Of a stretch of 58,215 nt of DNA, positions 1 through 8,813 are shown one piece after another. The notes beneath the pieces were generated by a model. The model searched no databases and was not told the DNA's origin. It saw only the letters and a program-made list of their open reading frames with translations. The stretch lies in the IMG/VR virus record IMGVR_UViG_3300009417_000001, positions 1 through 58,215 of that record; one strand, written 5' to 3'. The translations under genes and the position numbers were made by a program. This DNA is from a virus. Every line of letters begins with the position of its first letter. Within the stretch, counting starts at the first letter, position 1.

Positions 1-123
1 GGAAAAACCCGAGCAGACGACTGAGGAGAAGGTGGCCGAGCGCGTAGATGCAGGTGACCTAGAAGGCGCAGTAGAAATTTTAGATCAGGAGGCCGGAGGT
101 GCGGCCGAGGCCCTAGGGCTGAC
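1..123. repeat. terminal overlap, identical to 58093..58215 (circular closure or assembly overlap)
   Basis: Base-by-base comparison of the first and last 123 nt. The unique length is 58,092 bp. The overlap lies inside an open reading frame. Confidence 0.95.
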
Positions 124-3100
124 AGAGACTGAGTTGAACGAGCAGCTTGGTGTTTCCCCACCCCCGACACAACTCGACCTGGGGTTAGAGAATACTGAGA
201 CCCCAACCCCGGCTGAAGACCCGGTCGCAGATGAGGACCCGGTCGCAGATGAGGACCCGGTCGCAGATGAGGCCCCGGTCGCAGATGAGGCCCCAACTAC
301 TCCGGCCACCACGCAACCTGAGTTACCTGTTGGCCCGGCCACCACGCAACCTGAGTTACCTGTCGCCGAGCAGCCTGAGTCATCAACTACTCCGGCTACC
401 GAGCAACCTGAGTCATCAACTACTCCGGCTACCGAGCAACCTGAGTTACCTACCCAAACCGAGGAACAAAATGACCCCGCACAACCTAGCCGAGACACAG
501 AAGTACCGGGCGCAGGATCGAACCCAACTACAGAACCGCTGGTCCCGACAGACAGAACAACAGGAGATGGAGAAACATCAAATCCTCCAACAACAACTGG
601 AAACCCTACCGACGTTGCCGGAGAACAAAAGGATGTAACTGAGACCACACAAGCGACTAACGAAAATAGTCAAGAAACTCAACCCGCAGCGGCAGTTCCA
701 AGCCCCACACAGGTGGTAGAAGATCAAAAACCGAAAGTACCTACGGTAAACATCCCGGCTAAAGACCTGACCCCATCTACAGTCCGGGCCGCAGTTAAAG
801 CGGGAGCCCACTTGAATGAAGACGGTTCTTTGACCTTGCGTACCAGCATTAAAGACCGTGTGGACGTGGCAATCGCCCAGGAGAAAAAGCGGGAGGCCGA
901 CAAAGAGAAGATGGCCGACAAACCCGTGACTGTCCCCAAGGACAAGAAGGAGAAGCCGAAGACCGTCCATGACATCCGTCGAGAGAAACTCGAAGCCCTC
1001 CCTTCCCGAAGATCTGCGGAAGACGCGGAAGAGATTTTGGGCGAAGAAATAGTGGCTGCGGTTCGGCTAGGGGTGAACTTTGGTATGCCCATGCGTGTTC
1101 TGGATCAGCAGATCGAAGATGCAGCCAACATAGTCCGGGCGTTTGAGCGTGGCGACCCAGCTTTCACTTTAGCCTCAAGTCCTGGGTACGGTAAAACGTT
1201 TGTTGCCGCCGCAGCCATAAAAGCATTGCAGAACCGAGGTTTCAAAAACTTTACCTACGTCACCAAAAACAAAGGTCTTATCAACCAGTTTAAAGCAGAT
1301 ACCAAAGCATTCAACTTAGGGCCTGTCGATGTGATAAGTTATGCTGGGATGCGAGGTAAAGGGGACTACCTTCCCCCCAAAGACACAGTTTTGTTTTTCG
1401 ATGAGTTTCATGAGCAAGTGGCCAAATTCCCTGCTGGGGGGTCTCGTAACGAGGTGAACAAGGGGCATGTCCTGGGTAAACCCATGCGGCCCAGCGTGAG
1501 AAGACGGGGTTACACCATTTCCAGTCTACAGGCATCTATATGGATGCAACATGTTAAAATGAATGTCTTGGTTTCGGCGACCCCTTTTAGTGATTGGAAG
1601 GGGATGAAAATCCTAGAACATGCTGGGATGTTTGATGAGAATTTCGAGGGGGACCTCAAGACGTTTGGTCAAACGTTTGGGGCCATCGGTAACTCGGATG
1701 GATCACTCACCTCGCGACCAGGTGTCCTGGGGGGCCAAGATCGGGTACGCGCCCGACAGCACCTGTACAACCAAGGACTTTTCGATCACCGTCAAATTGA
1801 GTTGCCTCCCGGCATGGTAGATGCCGAAACCGTGAGTGTTCCCGGAGACCCAGAAATAATTAAAATCAGTAACGCCATCGATCAAGCCTACAATGAAATG
1901 CAGGAAGGGGGTCAGGTAGATCGTAACCTCGCACAGAATATCAAGAACGTTAAGAAGTCGGTGTTGGAATCTATCAAACTCAAAGACGCTATCCTACTGG
2001 CCAAGGACCGGGTAGAGAACCACGGCAAGAGCGTGGTCATCTTTACCGACCGGAAAACATCCACCCGTTGGGACTTAAAGAAACTTGAGTCCGAGTACGC
2101 CCGAGCCAAAGAAAGAAAACGGTTGGGGCAGTTTGTAGATTTCCAGGGGTGGATTGGGGTGGATGGTAAGCCTTACCCACTACCTGTGTCCGAGAATATC
2201 GTTAAGTTTCGACTGCGCGTTGGGGAGATTGTCGGGACCGACCTGATCGTCACCCCCGGGATCGCAGACATCCAGGACTACATCCGAGACACCCTGCAAG
2301 CACCTTTTGGCATGTACATGGGTAGTGGAGAACAGACGAACACTTTGGATGATTTTCGATCAGGTCGGGTTAAATATTTGTTCGCCACTCTTAGTAAAGG
2401 AAGTACTGGCCTAAGCCTTCACGATAAGGTGGGTAACCGACCTACGGAGGCCATTGTTGTGGCACTACCGTGGACCGCAGCCACCGTGCGCCAGGTCGCC
2501 GGACGCACAGCAAGGTTTGGTATGAAGTCACCGACGAAATACCACTGGTTGGTCACCGACGCTAGCCCGTTTGAAAGTGAGATGGCTTCTCGAATGGAGG
2601 AGATGCTTCTGTCGATGGGTGCCTTGGTTAATGGCCGAGTCATGAAAAATGCATCTGTTACAGGCGAGTTCGACATGGAATCCGAGTTAGAAGATCGACT
2701 CGTCAATGGTATGAGTCCCTCGGAACTGCAAGTTGGGGAGCAAACCGCAGGCCCCGTGTCGGCCAACCCGACAAAACTGGGTCAGCCGAAAGCCCAGTCC
2801 AAACCCAAAGCGAAGCCCAAAGCGAAGCCCAAAGCGAAGCCCAAAGCGAAGCCCAAAGCGAAGCCCAAAGCGAAACCCAAAGCGAAACCGGAATCCAAGT
2901 CGGATCTGGACGCACGTATGGATGTCGAAAGAGCCGCCGTGGCCATCGAGCTCCAGGCTGAGGAATTGATGGGTGACCTCCGCACCGTTTTGGGTGAGCG
3001 GGTTCGATTAGTCAAACGTTTGAAAGAGTCTGGGTTTGCCCCTGGGACGGAACAGTTTGCCCGTGCCGCAGCGGCCAACGCCCGAGAAACTCAGTTCGAC

Positions 3101-6100
3101 CAGCAGATGGTCAACTTCCGCAAAGCGTTTGATCAAATGAACATGCCCGTTGAAAGTATGGTTGACGAGGCCTTGCGCCAGATTCAATCCTCTCGCGACG
3201 TGTGGTCTGAATTAGGGGACCTGACTCAACCACTCCCCACCGAAGTAACCGAGGCCGCATCGAAACCTAAAGCCAAGGCGACCCGGAGACCTCGTGCCAA
3301 GCACCTGGGTGAAGTATTGCCTACAGATGTTAAGTCTTTAAAAGCCCACCCTTGGGTCGAGTCCGTTCGCAAGAAGGGGGATAGTGTCATAGTCTCCTTG
3401 AAAGACGGGTACCGAGGTAACTTTAATCGGGTTGTAGAGATGGATCTGGATAACATCTCGGAGGAGTTCCGAGCAATCTCCCGCACTGCCGGGGGCGACG
3501 CATATACCAGAGGCGACGGGGAGTTCGGGGTATTTGCATCTTCAGAAGATGCGGTCCAGGCCGTGTTCGACTTGGACCTTCCCTTGGACACTCAAGCGTT
3601 TAAGATCGAGGAAGTCTTTGACGTTGTTGTGCTTCATATCCGTCCAACACGATTGCCGAAAAACCACCGCCTGATCAAAGAGGGGTTCTTCAACACTGTC
3701 CGCGAAGACAGTTTCTCCCTGGACGACACGCCCACACCTACCCACTTCGGTGAAAACGGCATCATTCGCCTCTACGGACCTCCGAACGGGGCGACCCGAC
3801 GTAGTATTCGAGAATCCCTAGAAAGTGCCGGGTATGGAGGAATAACCATGCGCTCGGGATCATCAGTGAACACTTTAGAGGGACCTGCGGAGGATTTCGA
3901 GAAAATGATGACTGCTGTGGATAGTTGGTACCGATCCCAAGACTCTTTGTCTGTGTCGGATACGGGGATTCCTTTGGGCGGTCACACTCACCCGGACCCC
4001 GCTTCAGAGGCCAAGATCCAAGAGTACGCGGAGAAACTCCGTCGGGAACCACTCACCGAAAAAGAAGACAAAGACTTCAAAAAACTGACGCAGGAGAAAC
4101 GGTCAGCGACCTTCTTTTCCCAGGGTTTGAATTGGCAGTCCACCCCAGGTCTCCAAAAGACCACACTGCTCACCAACCAGGAAAACACTTCCCCTCTCTT
4201 CTCGGGCCTAAATTTCGAAGAGTACCAGACGCGGGATGTTCAGTCCATGTGGGATGTCGGGACCGCCTTCGTCACCGGGATGACGAGCGACAGTGACTTC
4301 TGGGATGCTTACGAAAGTATCAACTCCGACGACTTTGTGCTGCGCCAGTCGGCCCTGGCCAACTTCATCCATGTCCTAAACATGATGGCTGTCAAAGGCC
4401 AAGGTGACCTTGGATCACTACGGGCGAACTCCCGTCGGGCCGAAGCACTGCTCCGTCGGTTGCAGACCACCACAGGTCAGGCGAATAATGTCGCCAAGCT
4501 GTTCCAGTACTACATCCGACAGACTCCACAAGCGTTGCAGGCCACTGCGCTCACGAACCTCTACAACGCATATGTAGGTGAGACGGGGTTGAACGAGAAC
4601 GACGTCAAGCAGACCATGCAGAAGGCCGACGACATGATCCAAGATGCTGCCGACGACGTCATCAAAGGCCAACAACCAGATATGAGGACGGTCGAAGAGA
4701 TTCGCCGGGACGCCCAAAACGATATGCGCCGAGTCGCATCCCTGGACATTATCCAAGGTTTGAAAACTATGAAGGGTAAGTTGGCTGACCTGCTCAAGAA
4801 CAACAAAGACAAATTGTCGGTTGAAGATAACGAAATCGAGGCCCTTGTGTTTGAGATGCTTGGGGAGCCTCAGAAGTGGTTGGACGCGATGGAACAGCGG
4901 CCAGAGATCTATGAGGAATTCACAGAAGACCAAATGGAATTCCTACGAGACCGCCTGACCAACTTCATGCAGGAAACCCAGGCGTTGAACGAGACGATGG
5001 AAACCCCCAAGGCCGAGGCACCAATGAGCCAAGGAGCCAAGGACATTCAGGACGCAGCACAAAAAGCGCACAAACGTAGGAAGCGTAAGAAGCGTAAGAA
5101 AAAGGAAGCTGCTGCTGAAACTCCGGCCACTGCCGAAACTCCTCCACCTGCTGATGCACCTGCCGCTGCTGAAACTCCTGCGGTTGAAGAGCAGTTAGAG
5201 GAAGATCCGAAAGCGTTACTCAAGAAGCGGGTCCGGGCGTGGCTGAAACGTCGTAACCGCACCAAAGATCCAGAGACCGTGGACGAGATCGATGTGGATG
5301 AGCTCACTTTCCAAGAGTGGAAAAAACGTTTGGATAAAATCGCCTACAGGTCGCTCAGGTTTCAGAGCGGCGGGGTAGCCAAGCTAGCCAACGACATGGG
5401 GGAATACCTCGGGGTTAACGAAGCCGACGCAAAAAAGTTGGCTAAACTCTACTACGGAGAGTTCCGCGAGAAGTTAAAGAACCGCAAGGCAGCCATCTTG
5501 TACGCCCGAGAGAACCAACGCCTGAAGCCCAAGATGCTCAGTGTACGTAAAACCTACCTCCAGAAAATCGTGGACCTGGCTCAACTCGGAGCCCTGGAAG
5601 ACCAGGACAACCGATATGAAGAGGCCATGTTGGAGGCGATCGATGAGCATGTCAAACGGAAGAACCCCCTCACTGGGGAGAAATTCCGAGACATGGCTGA
5701 CACGCTCGTAGAGCATTCAGAACTGGTTGCCCAGGCTGCCGATCTCGCCATCGAAGCCGGAGTCGCTCTGGACGTAGACCTCCCCTACCTCGTGCAAGTG
5801 AACGCCATGAATGTGGCTATGCTCAGTGCTTTGGGAGTTAAACTAAGTTCCGCTGCCAGAGTCGTTTTTTACACGAACATGCTGTCTGGGATGTCTACCA
5901 TTCTTGTTAATAATCCAGTTGGCACGGCGTTCAACTTACTTGCATCCACAATCAACGAGATATTTATCGCTCTGTCAGGTAACGATACCGCAGGTACCAA
6001 GGCCAAAGACATTCCCGCAATCCTCCGGTCGGTTATTGGGGGTGTTGCTTCAGGGAAAGACTACGCGACTGTGCTCAAAAACACTGGGGCCGACCCTGTC

Positions 6101-7885
6101 AGAATCACTCGGAAAAATAATGCCGACGTGGACACTGGAAAAGCAATGGCGAACTCCAAACATATCTTTGTGAGGAATTTGGGTCGTGTCGCGGAATTGG
6201 TTTCCAACGCAATGGGCATGGGAGACCTCATGTTCTTCGGGTCGGGTGAGAGTATGTACGCAACGGTTGAAGCGTTGGCTCAGGCCCGACGTCAGGCTGT
6301 GGCCGAGGGTAAAGACCCAAATGACCCTTCGATCCCCGCAAGGGCTCAAAAACTCCTGGAACCTATTTCCCGAGAGGCGGCCATCAACTCTGCTCGTCAG
6401 CGTGCGAGGCAGTTGGGTATGCTGGATCAGCTTGGTGAGTCTGGTGTCCGGGTTATGGCGCAGCAAGTCATGGAGGCGGCCCAGAATCCCTCCATTCGTC
6501 GAGCCGCCAATCACGGGGGGCGCAAGGTTACCTTTACCGAAGAGTCGGGCCGAGGGTTCGGTTACAAGTTGAGTGATATCCTGGGCGACATGAACCGCTC
6601 GCTGCCTACCTGGACAGTCATCCCATTCACGTCGGTTGTCGGGCGGGTTCTCGACCAGAGCCTAGATTACACGATCTTCCGAACCCCTCGGGCAATTGAG
6701 GAATCAATAAACCGCATTAAGACTGGGGAGGCCGTCCCCCGCGAATTGGCCAAAGACGAGATCCAGCACGAAGCTAATCAGAAAGACTCCATCCGACTGG
6801 CCGCTCGTCAGGTTCAAGGGGCCGCCCTCTGGGGTATGTTCCTGCTGACACTGGCCCTCAAAGACGAAGAGGACGAACCGTTCATGGAGTTGTTTGGTGC
6901 AGGGCCCCGCGACTTCTCTAAGAAATTCCAGTGGCGTGCCGCAGGCGGCCGTGAATACACCATGCGGATCGGACCAGTGTACATCCCCTACCGCTTGTCA
7001 CCCCTCGTCATGCAACTGGGTGTCCTCGGCACATATATGGACAACATCAAATACGATGAGAACTTCCAAGACCCGGGGCTGGTGGACCGATTCCAGTTCT
7101 TCCTGACCCAGAACTTTTCCACCATGGTGGACCAGTCGTTCTTGTCGGGCTTACAAGATTTCATGGAAGCTATCGGGGAGCAGAACTCTGAACGGGCGGC
7201 TCAACGTTGGGCAGCTCTTTCGGGCCGTGCGGCTGGGTCGTTCGTACCCTTCAACCTGAACTTCACCCGTCAGATGCACCGTATCATTGTGGGAGAGGCC
7301 TACCAGACCGACCGAAGTGCACTCAAAGTATTTGCGTCTACAATCCCCATCGTGAACGACATCCTCCTCGACGAGCAACTGAACGTCCTGGGCGACCCGG
7401 TCAACATCGACAAACCCGTGTTGGAGTCCTTCACACCTGACCTGTTCAGCGGCCCCTATGACGAGGTGTCCAATCGGATCTTCGACTACGCGGCTGATCG
7501 ACGTGCTTGGGTACCTGTACCATCGGTGCGCGGGACCAGTGTGATCTCTCACGGAGACATGAACATCCAAGAGCGTAAGAGGTTCAAGGACTTACTTGGC
7601 ATGACGTTGACGCTGCCCCAATACCGGGATTATATAAAACTGCGTGGGAAATACATCAAAGAATTGTATGTCCAGCAGGAGGCCGAGATGATGCAAATAC
7701 CTGCCGGACCTTTGGCCAAGAAAGCCATGTCTGACCTGGCCTCCGCAGCGAGTCGCCGAGCCAAACGAGAGTTGATCGGTCTCCCGGGAACCAAGCCGCC
7801 TTCAGCCCGGGCGACCCCGGTAAAAGGAAGGCCGTCTACTAAGAAGACGACCTACCCTAAGAAGACTTCGTTTTACTTGCCTTGA
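2..7885 (+). CDS. giant polyvalent protein, remainder (SF2 DExH helicase module plus long C-terminal region)
   Basis: The frame is open from window position 2, and the GTG at 32 is internal. Helicase motifs: I SPGYGKTF (about 1175..1201), II DEFH (1400..1411), III SAT, V LSKGSTGLSLHD, VI QVAGRTARFG (2492..2521). Low-complexity linkers are present. The stop is at 7883..7885. Confidence 0.85.
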   Translation, partial: EKPEQTTEEKVAERVDAGDLEGAVEILDQEAGGAAEALGLTETELNEQLGVSPPPTQLDLGLENTETPTPAEDPVADEDPVADEDPVADEAPVADEAPTTPATTQPELPVGPATTQPELPVAEQPESSTTPATEQPESSTTPATEQPELPTQTEEQNDPAQPSRDTEVPGAGSNPTTEPLVPTDRTTGDGETSNPPTTTGNPTDVAGEQKDVTETTQATNENSQETQPAAAVPSPTQVVEDQKPKVPTVNIPAKDLTPSTVRAAVKAGAHLNEDGSLTLRTSIKDRVDVAIAQEKKREADKEKMADKPVTVPKDKKEKPKTVHDIRREKLEALPSRRSAEDAEEILGEEIVAAVRLGVNFGMPMRVLDQQIEDAANIVRAFERGDPAFTLASSPGYGKTFVAAAAIKALQNRGFKNFTYVTKNKGLINQFKADTKAFNLGPVDVISYAGMRGKGDYLPPKDTVLFFDEFHEQVAKFPAGGSRNEVNKGHVLGKPMRPSVRRRGYTISSLQASIWMQHVKMNVLVSATPFSDWKGMKILEHAGMFDENFEGDLKTFGQTFGAIGNSDGSLTSRPGVLGGQDRVRARQHLYNQGLFDHRQIELPPGMVDAETVSVPGDPEIIKISNAIDQAYNEMQEGGQVDRNLAQNIKNVKKSVLESIKLKDAILLAKDRVENHGKSVVIFTDRKTSTRWDLKKLESEYARAKERKRLGQFVDFQGWIGVDGKPYPLPVSENIVKFRLRVGEIVGTDLIVTPGIADIQDYIRDTLQAPFGMYMGSGEQTNTLDDFRSGRVKYLFATLSKGSTGLSLHDKVGNRPTEAIVVALPWTAATVRQVAGRTARFGMKSPTKYHWLVTDASPFESEMASRMEEMLLSMGALVNGRVMKNASVTGEFDMESELEDRLVNGMSPSELQVGEQTAGPVSANPTKLGQPKAQSKPKAKPKAKPKAKPKAKPKAKPKAKPKAKPESKSDLDARMDVERAAVAIELQAEELMGDLRTVLGERVRLVKRLKESGFAPGTEQFARAAAANARETQFDQQMVNFRKAFDQMNMPVESMVDEALRQIQSSRDVWSELGDLTQPLPTEVTEAASKPKAKATRRPRAKHLGEVLPTDVKSLKAHPWVESVRKKGDSVIVSLKDGYRGNFNRVVEMDLDNISEEFRAISRTAGGDAYTRGDGEFGVFASSEDAVQAVFDLDLPLDTQAFKIEEVFDVVVLHIRPTRLPKNHRLIKEGFFNTVREDSFSLDDTPTPTHFGENGIIRLYGPPNGATRRSIRESLESAGYGGITMRSGSSVNTLEGPAEDFEKMMTAVDSWYRSQDSLSVSDTGIPLGGHTHPDPASEAKIQEYAEKLRREPLTEKEDKDFKKLTQEKRSATFFSQGLNWQSTPGLQKTTLLTNQENTSPLFSGLNFEEYQTRDVQSMWDVGTAFVTGMTSDSDFWDAYESINSDDFVLRQSALANFIHVLNMMAVKGQGDLGSLRANSRRAEALLRRLQTTTGQANNVAKLFQYYIRQTPQALQATALTNLYNAYVGETGLNENDVKQTMQKADDMIQDAADDVIKGQQPDMRTVEEIRRDAQNDMRRVASLDIIQGLKTMKGKLADLLKNNKDKLSVEDNEIEALVFEMLGEPQKWLDAMEQRPEIYEEFTEDQMEFLRDRLTNFMQETQALNETMETPKAEAPMSQGAKDIQDAAQKAHKRRKRKKRKKKEAAAETPATAETPPPADAPAAAETPAVEEQLEEDPKALLKKRVRAWLKRRNRTKDPETVDEIDVDELTFQEWKKRLDKIAYRSLRFQSGGVAKLANDMGEYLGVNEADAKKLAKLYYGEFREKLKNRKAAILYARENQRLKPKMLSVRKTYLQKIVDLAQLGALEDQDNRYEEAMLEAIDEHVKRKNPLTGEKFRDMADTLVEHSELVAQAADLAIEAGVALDVDLPYLVQVNAMNVAMLSALGVKLSSAARVVFYTNMLSGMSTILVNNPVGTAFNLLASTINEIFIALSGNDTAGTKAKDIPAILRSVIGGVASGKDYATVLKNTGADPVRITRKNNADVDTGKAMANSKHIFVRNLGRVAELVSNAMGMGDLMFFGSGESMYATVEALAQARRQAVAEGKDPNDPSIPARAQKLLEPISREAAINSARQRARQLGMLDQLGESGVRVMAQQVMEAAQNPSIRRAANHGGRKVTFTEESGRGFGYKLSDILGDMNRSLPTWTVIPFTSVVGRVLDQSLDYTIFRTPRAIEESINRIKTGEAVPRELAKDEIQHEANQKDSIRLAARQVQGAALWGMFLLTLALKDEEDEPFMELFGAGPRDFSKKFQWRAAGGREYTMRIGPVYIPYRLSPLVMQLGVLGTYMDNIKYDENFQDPGLVDRFQFFLTQNFSTMVDQSFLSGLQDFMEAIGEQNSERAAQRWAALSGRAAGSFVPFNLNFTRQMHRIIVGEAYQTDRSALKVFASTIPIVNDILLDEQLNVLGDPVNIDKPVLESFTPDLFSGPYDEVSNRIFDYAADRRAWVPVPSVRGTSVISHGDMNIQERKRFKDLLGMTLTLPQYRDYIKLRGKYIKELYVQQEAEMMQIPAGPLAKKAMSDLASAASRRAKRELIGLPGTKPPSARATPVKGRPSTKKTTYPKKTSFYLP
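215..455 (+). repeat. in-frame tandem repeats (18 bp x4, then 33-bp units) encoding an acidic Pro-rich linker
   Basis: GA(A/G)GACCCGGTCGCAGAT occurs four times at 215..286. CCGGCCACCACGCAACCTGAGTTACCTGT occurs at 302 and 335. GAGCA(G/A)CCTGAGTCATCAACTACTCCGGCTACC occurs at 368 and 401. Confidence 0.95.
2804..2887 (+). repeat. 12-bp tandem repeat x7 (CCCAAAGCGAAG) encoding (PKAK)n
   Basis: Seven contiguous units counted at 2804, 2816, 2828, 2840, 2852, 2864 and 2876. Confidence 0.95.
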
Positions 7886-7887
7886 AA

Positions 7888-7899
7888 TCAAACGTTTGA
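7888..7899. repeat. TCAAACGTTTGA palindrome, 3 nt after the giant-gene stop
   Basis: Exact 12-mer read in the sequence. Confidence 0.95.
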
Positions 7900-8125
7900 A
7901 TTACGCCGTTTGCGACGTCGGTTGTTTCGAACTCGGTTGCGGGGATTACGTGCCTGCCAGTCCGAAACTTTCGGCCTCAGACGCTGTTGCTCTCGCACCA
8001 AAGTTGTCTTGGCAATATGCCAAGGTTCAGAGGGGAGCGGGGGTAGGGTGGGTTGGCAACGCCCTACGCACCCGTATTCGTACTCAAAGGTTGGGAAATC
8101 CCCAGGACAGCCAAGGTCTTCTGAA

Positions 8126-8812
8126 TCACTCATTTGTTTCCGGGGGTCGAGCGTCAGCAATGATGTGAAGTCCAGATAGGTTCGACTTTTGAACCTCTTC
8201 TCCGGGCCGCCACTCTGGGTCGAGAATGACCACTTCCTTGTCCCCGGTCGCGTGTTCTTGCATCAGACGCTCGTGTGGGGTCTCCGGGGGCTTCATGCCC
8301 TTGTCTTCTTTGATCGCGTTCTCATAGGTCTCTCGATCAACGCCTCGGTCGGCCAAGGTCTTCTGAGCAAACGCAAACAGTTCCAGGTCATCACCACATG
8401 CCTCGCGGATGGTAGAAACGTACTTATCCCAGGTGTCAGTGTCTGCGTCGTTCTTTCCAGACAGGGCCCGGTGCATAACGCCAGAGAACTTAGCTTGGTC
8501 GGGAGTCAACTCGTGGCCAGACCAAACGGTCATCAGGCCGTAGAACTTGTTATCTGTCTTCCGAACAACACTGATCTCCCCGCAGAAGTACTCGTGGTCT
8601 TGGGTGTTGGCAAATACAGAAACCCGGTCTCGCAGGTCGTTGGCCCACTTCTCCAAAACGTCAGGCTCCAACCCCTCCAGAGCGATTGTCTCGGGGACAG
8701 AGGCCTGGGAAATAAAGTGGGTCAGGGTGCCTAGTCCCTCGGGAGCCAGGTTTTCATAGTTCCATTTCGCCATGCGTTGGATCAGGTCTTTTGATACGTC
8801 GGGTTCATTCAT
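8126..8812 (-). CDS. hypothetical protein
   Basis: 228-aa ORF. Its start lies 1 nt downstream of the polymerase stop. It is the last gene of the leftward module. Confidence 0.75.
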   Translation of the reverse strand: MNEPDVSKDLIQRMAKWNYENLAPEGLGTLTHFISQASVPETIALEGLEPDVLEKWANDLRDRVSVFANTQDHEYFCGEISVVRKTDNKFYGLMTVWSGHELTPDQAKFSGVMHRALSGKNDADTDTWDKYVSTIREACGDDLELFAFAQKTLADRGVDRETYENAIKEDKGMKPPETPHERLMQEHATGDKEVVILDPEWRPGEEVQKSNLSGLHIIADARPPETNE

Positions 8813-8813
8813 C

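Noticed and set aside
1-123. The 123-bp terminal repeat as a genuine T7-like direct terminal repeat.
   Set aside because: It lies inside a continuous open reading frame and is bounded exactly by the window ends. That pattern is expected from an assembler closing a circular or permuted genome. It can only be settled with read data.
85-970. Track ORFs 85..648 (-), 231..638 (+) and 578..970 (-) overlapping the 5' part of ORF 32..7885.
   Set aside because: They are alternative-frame or antisense read-throughs of the in-frame tandem repeats, with low-complexity Ser/Gly/Val or Arg/Pro products. The long frame is continuous with a 9.7-kb gene.
7888-8179. ORFs 7888..8160 (-), 7896..8168 (+) and 7910..8179 (+) in the convergent gap.
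   Set aside because: Three mutually overlapping ~90-aa ORFs with Arg/Gly-rich products and non-ATG starts lie in a 240-bp convergent intergenic region. None is convincing. I also found no canonical intrinsic terminator or tRNA cloverleaf here, only short hairpins such as 8008..8024 with no U-tract.
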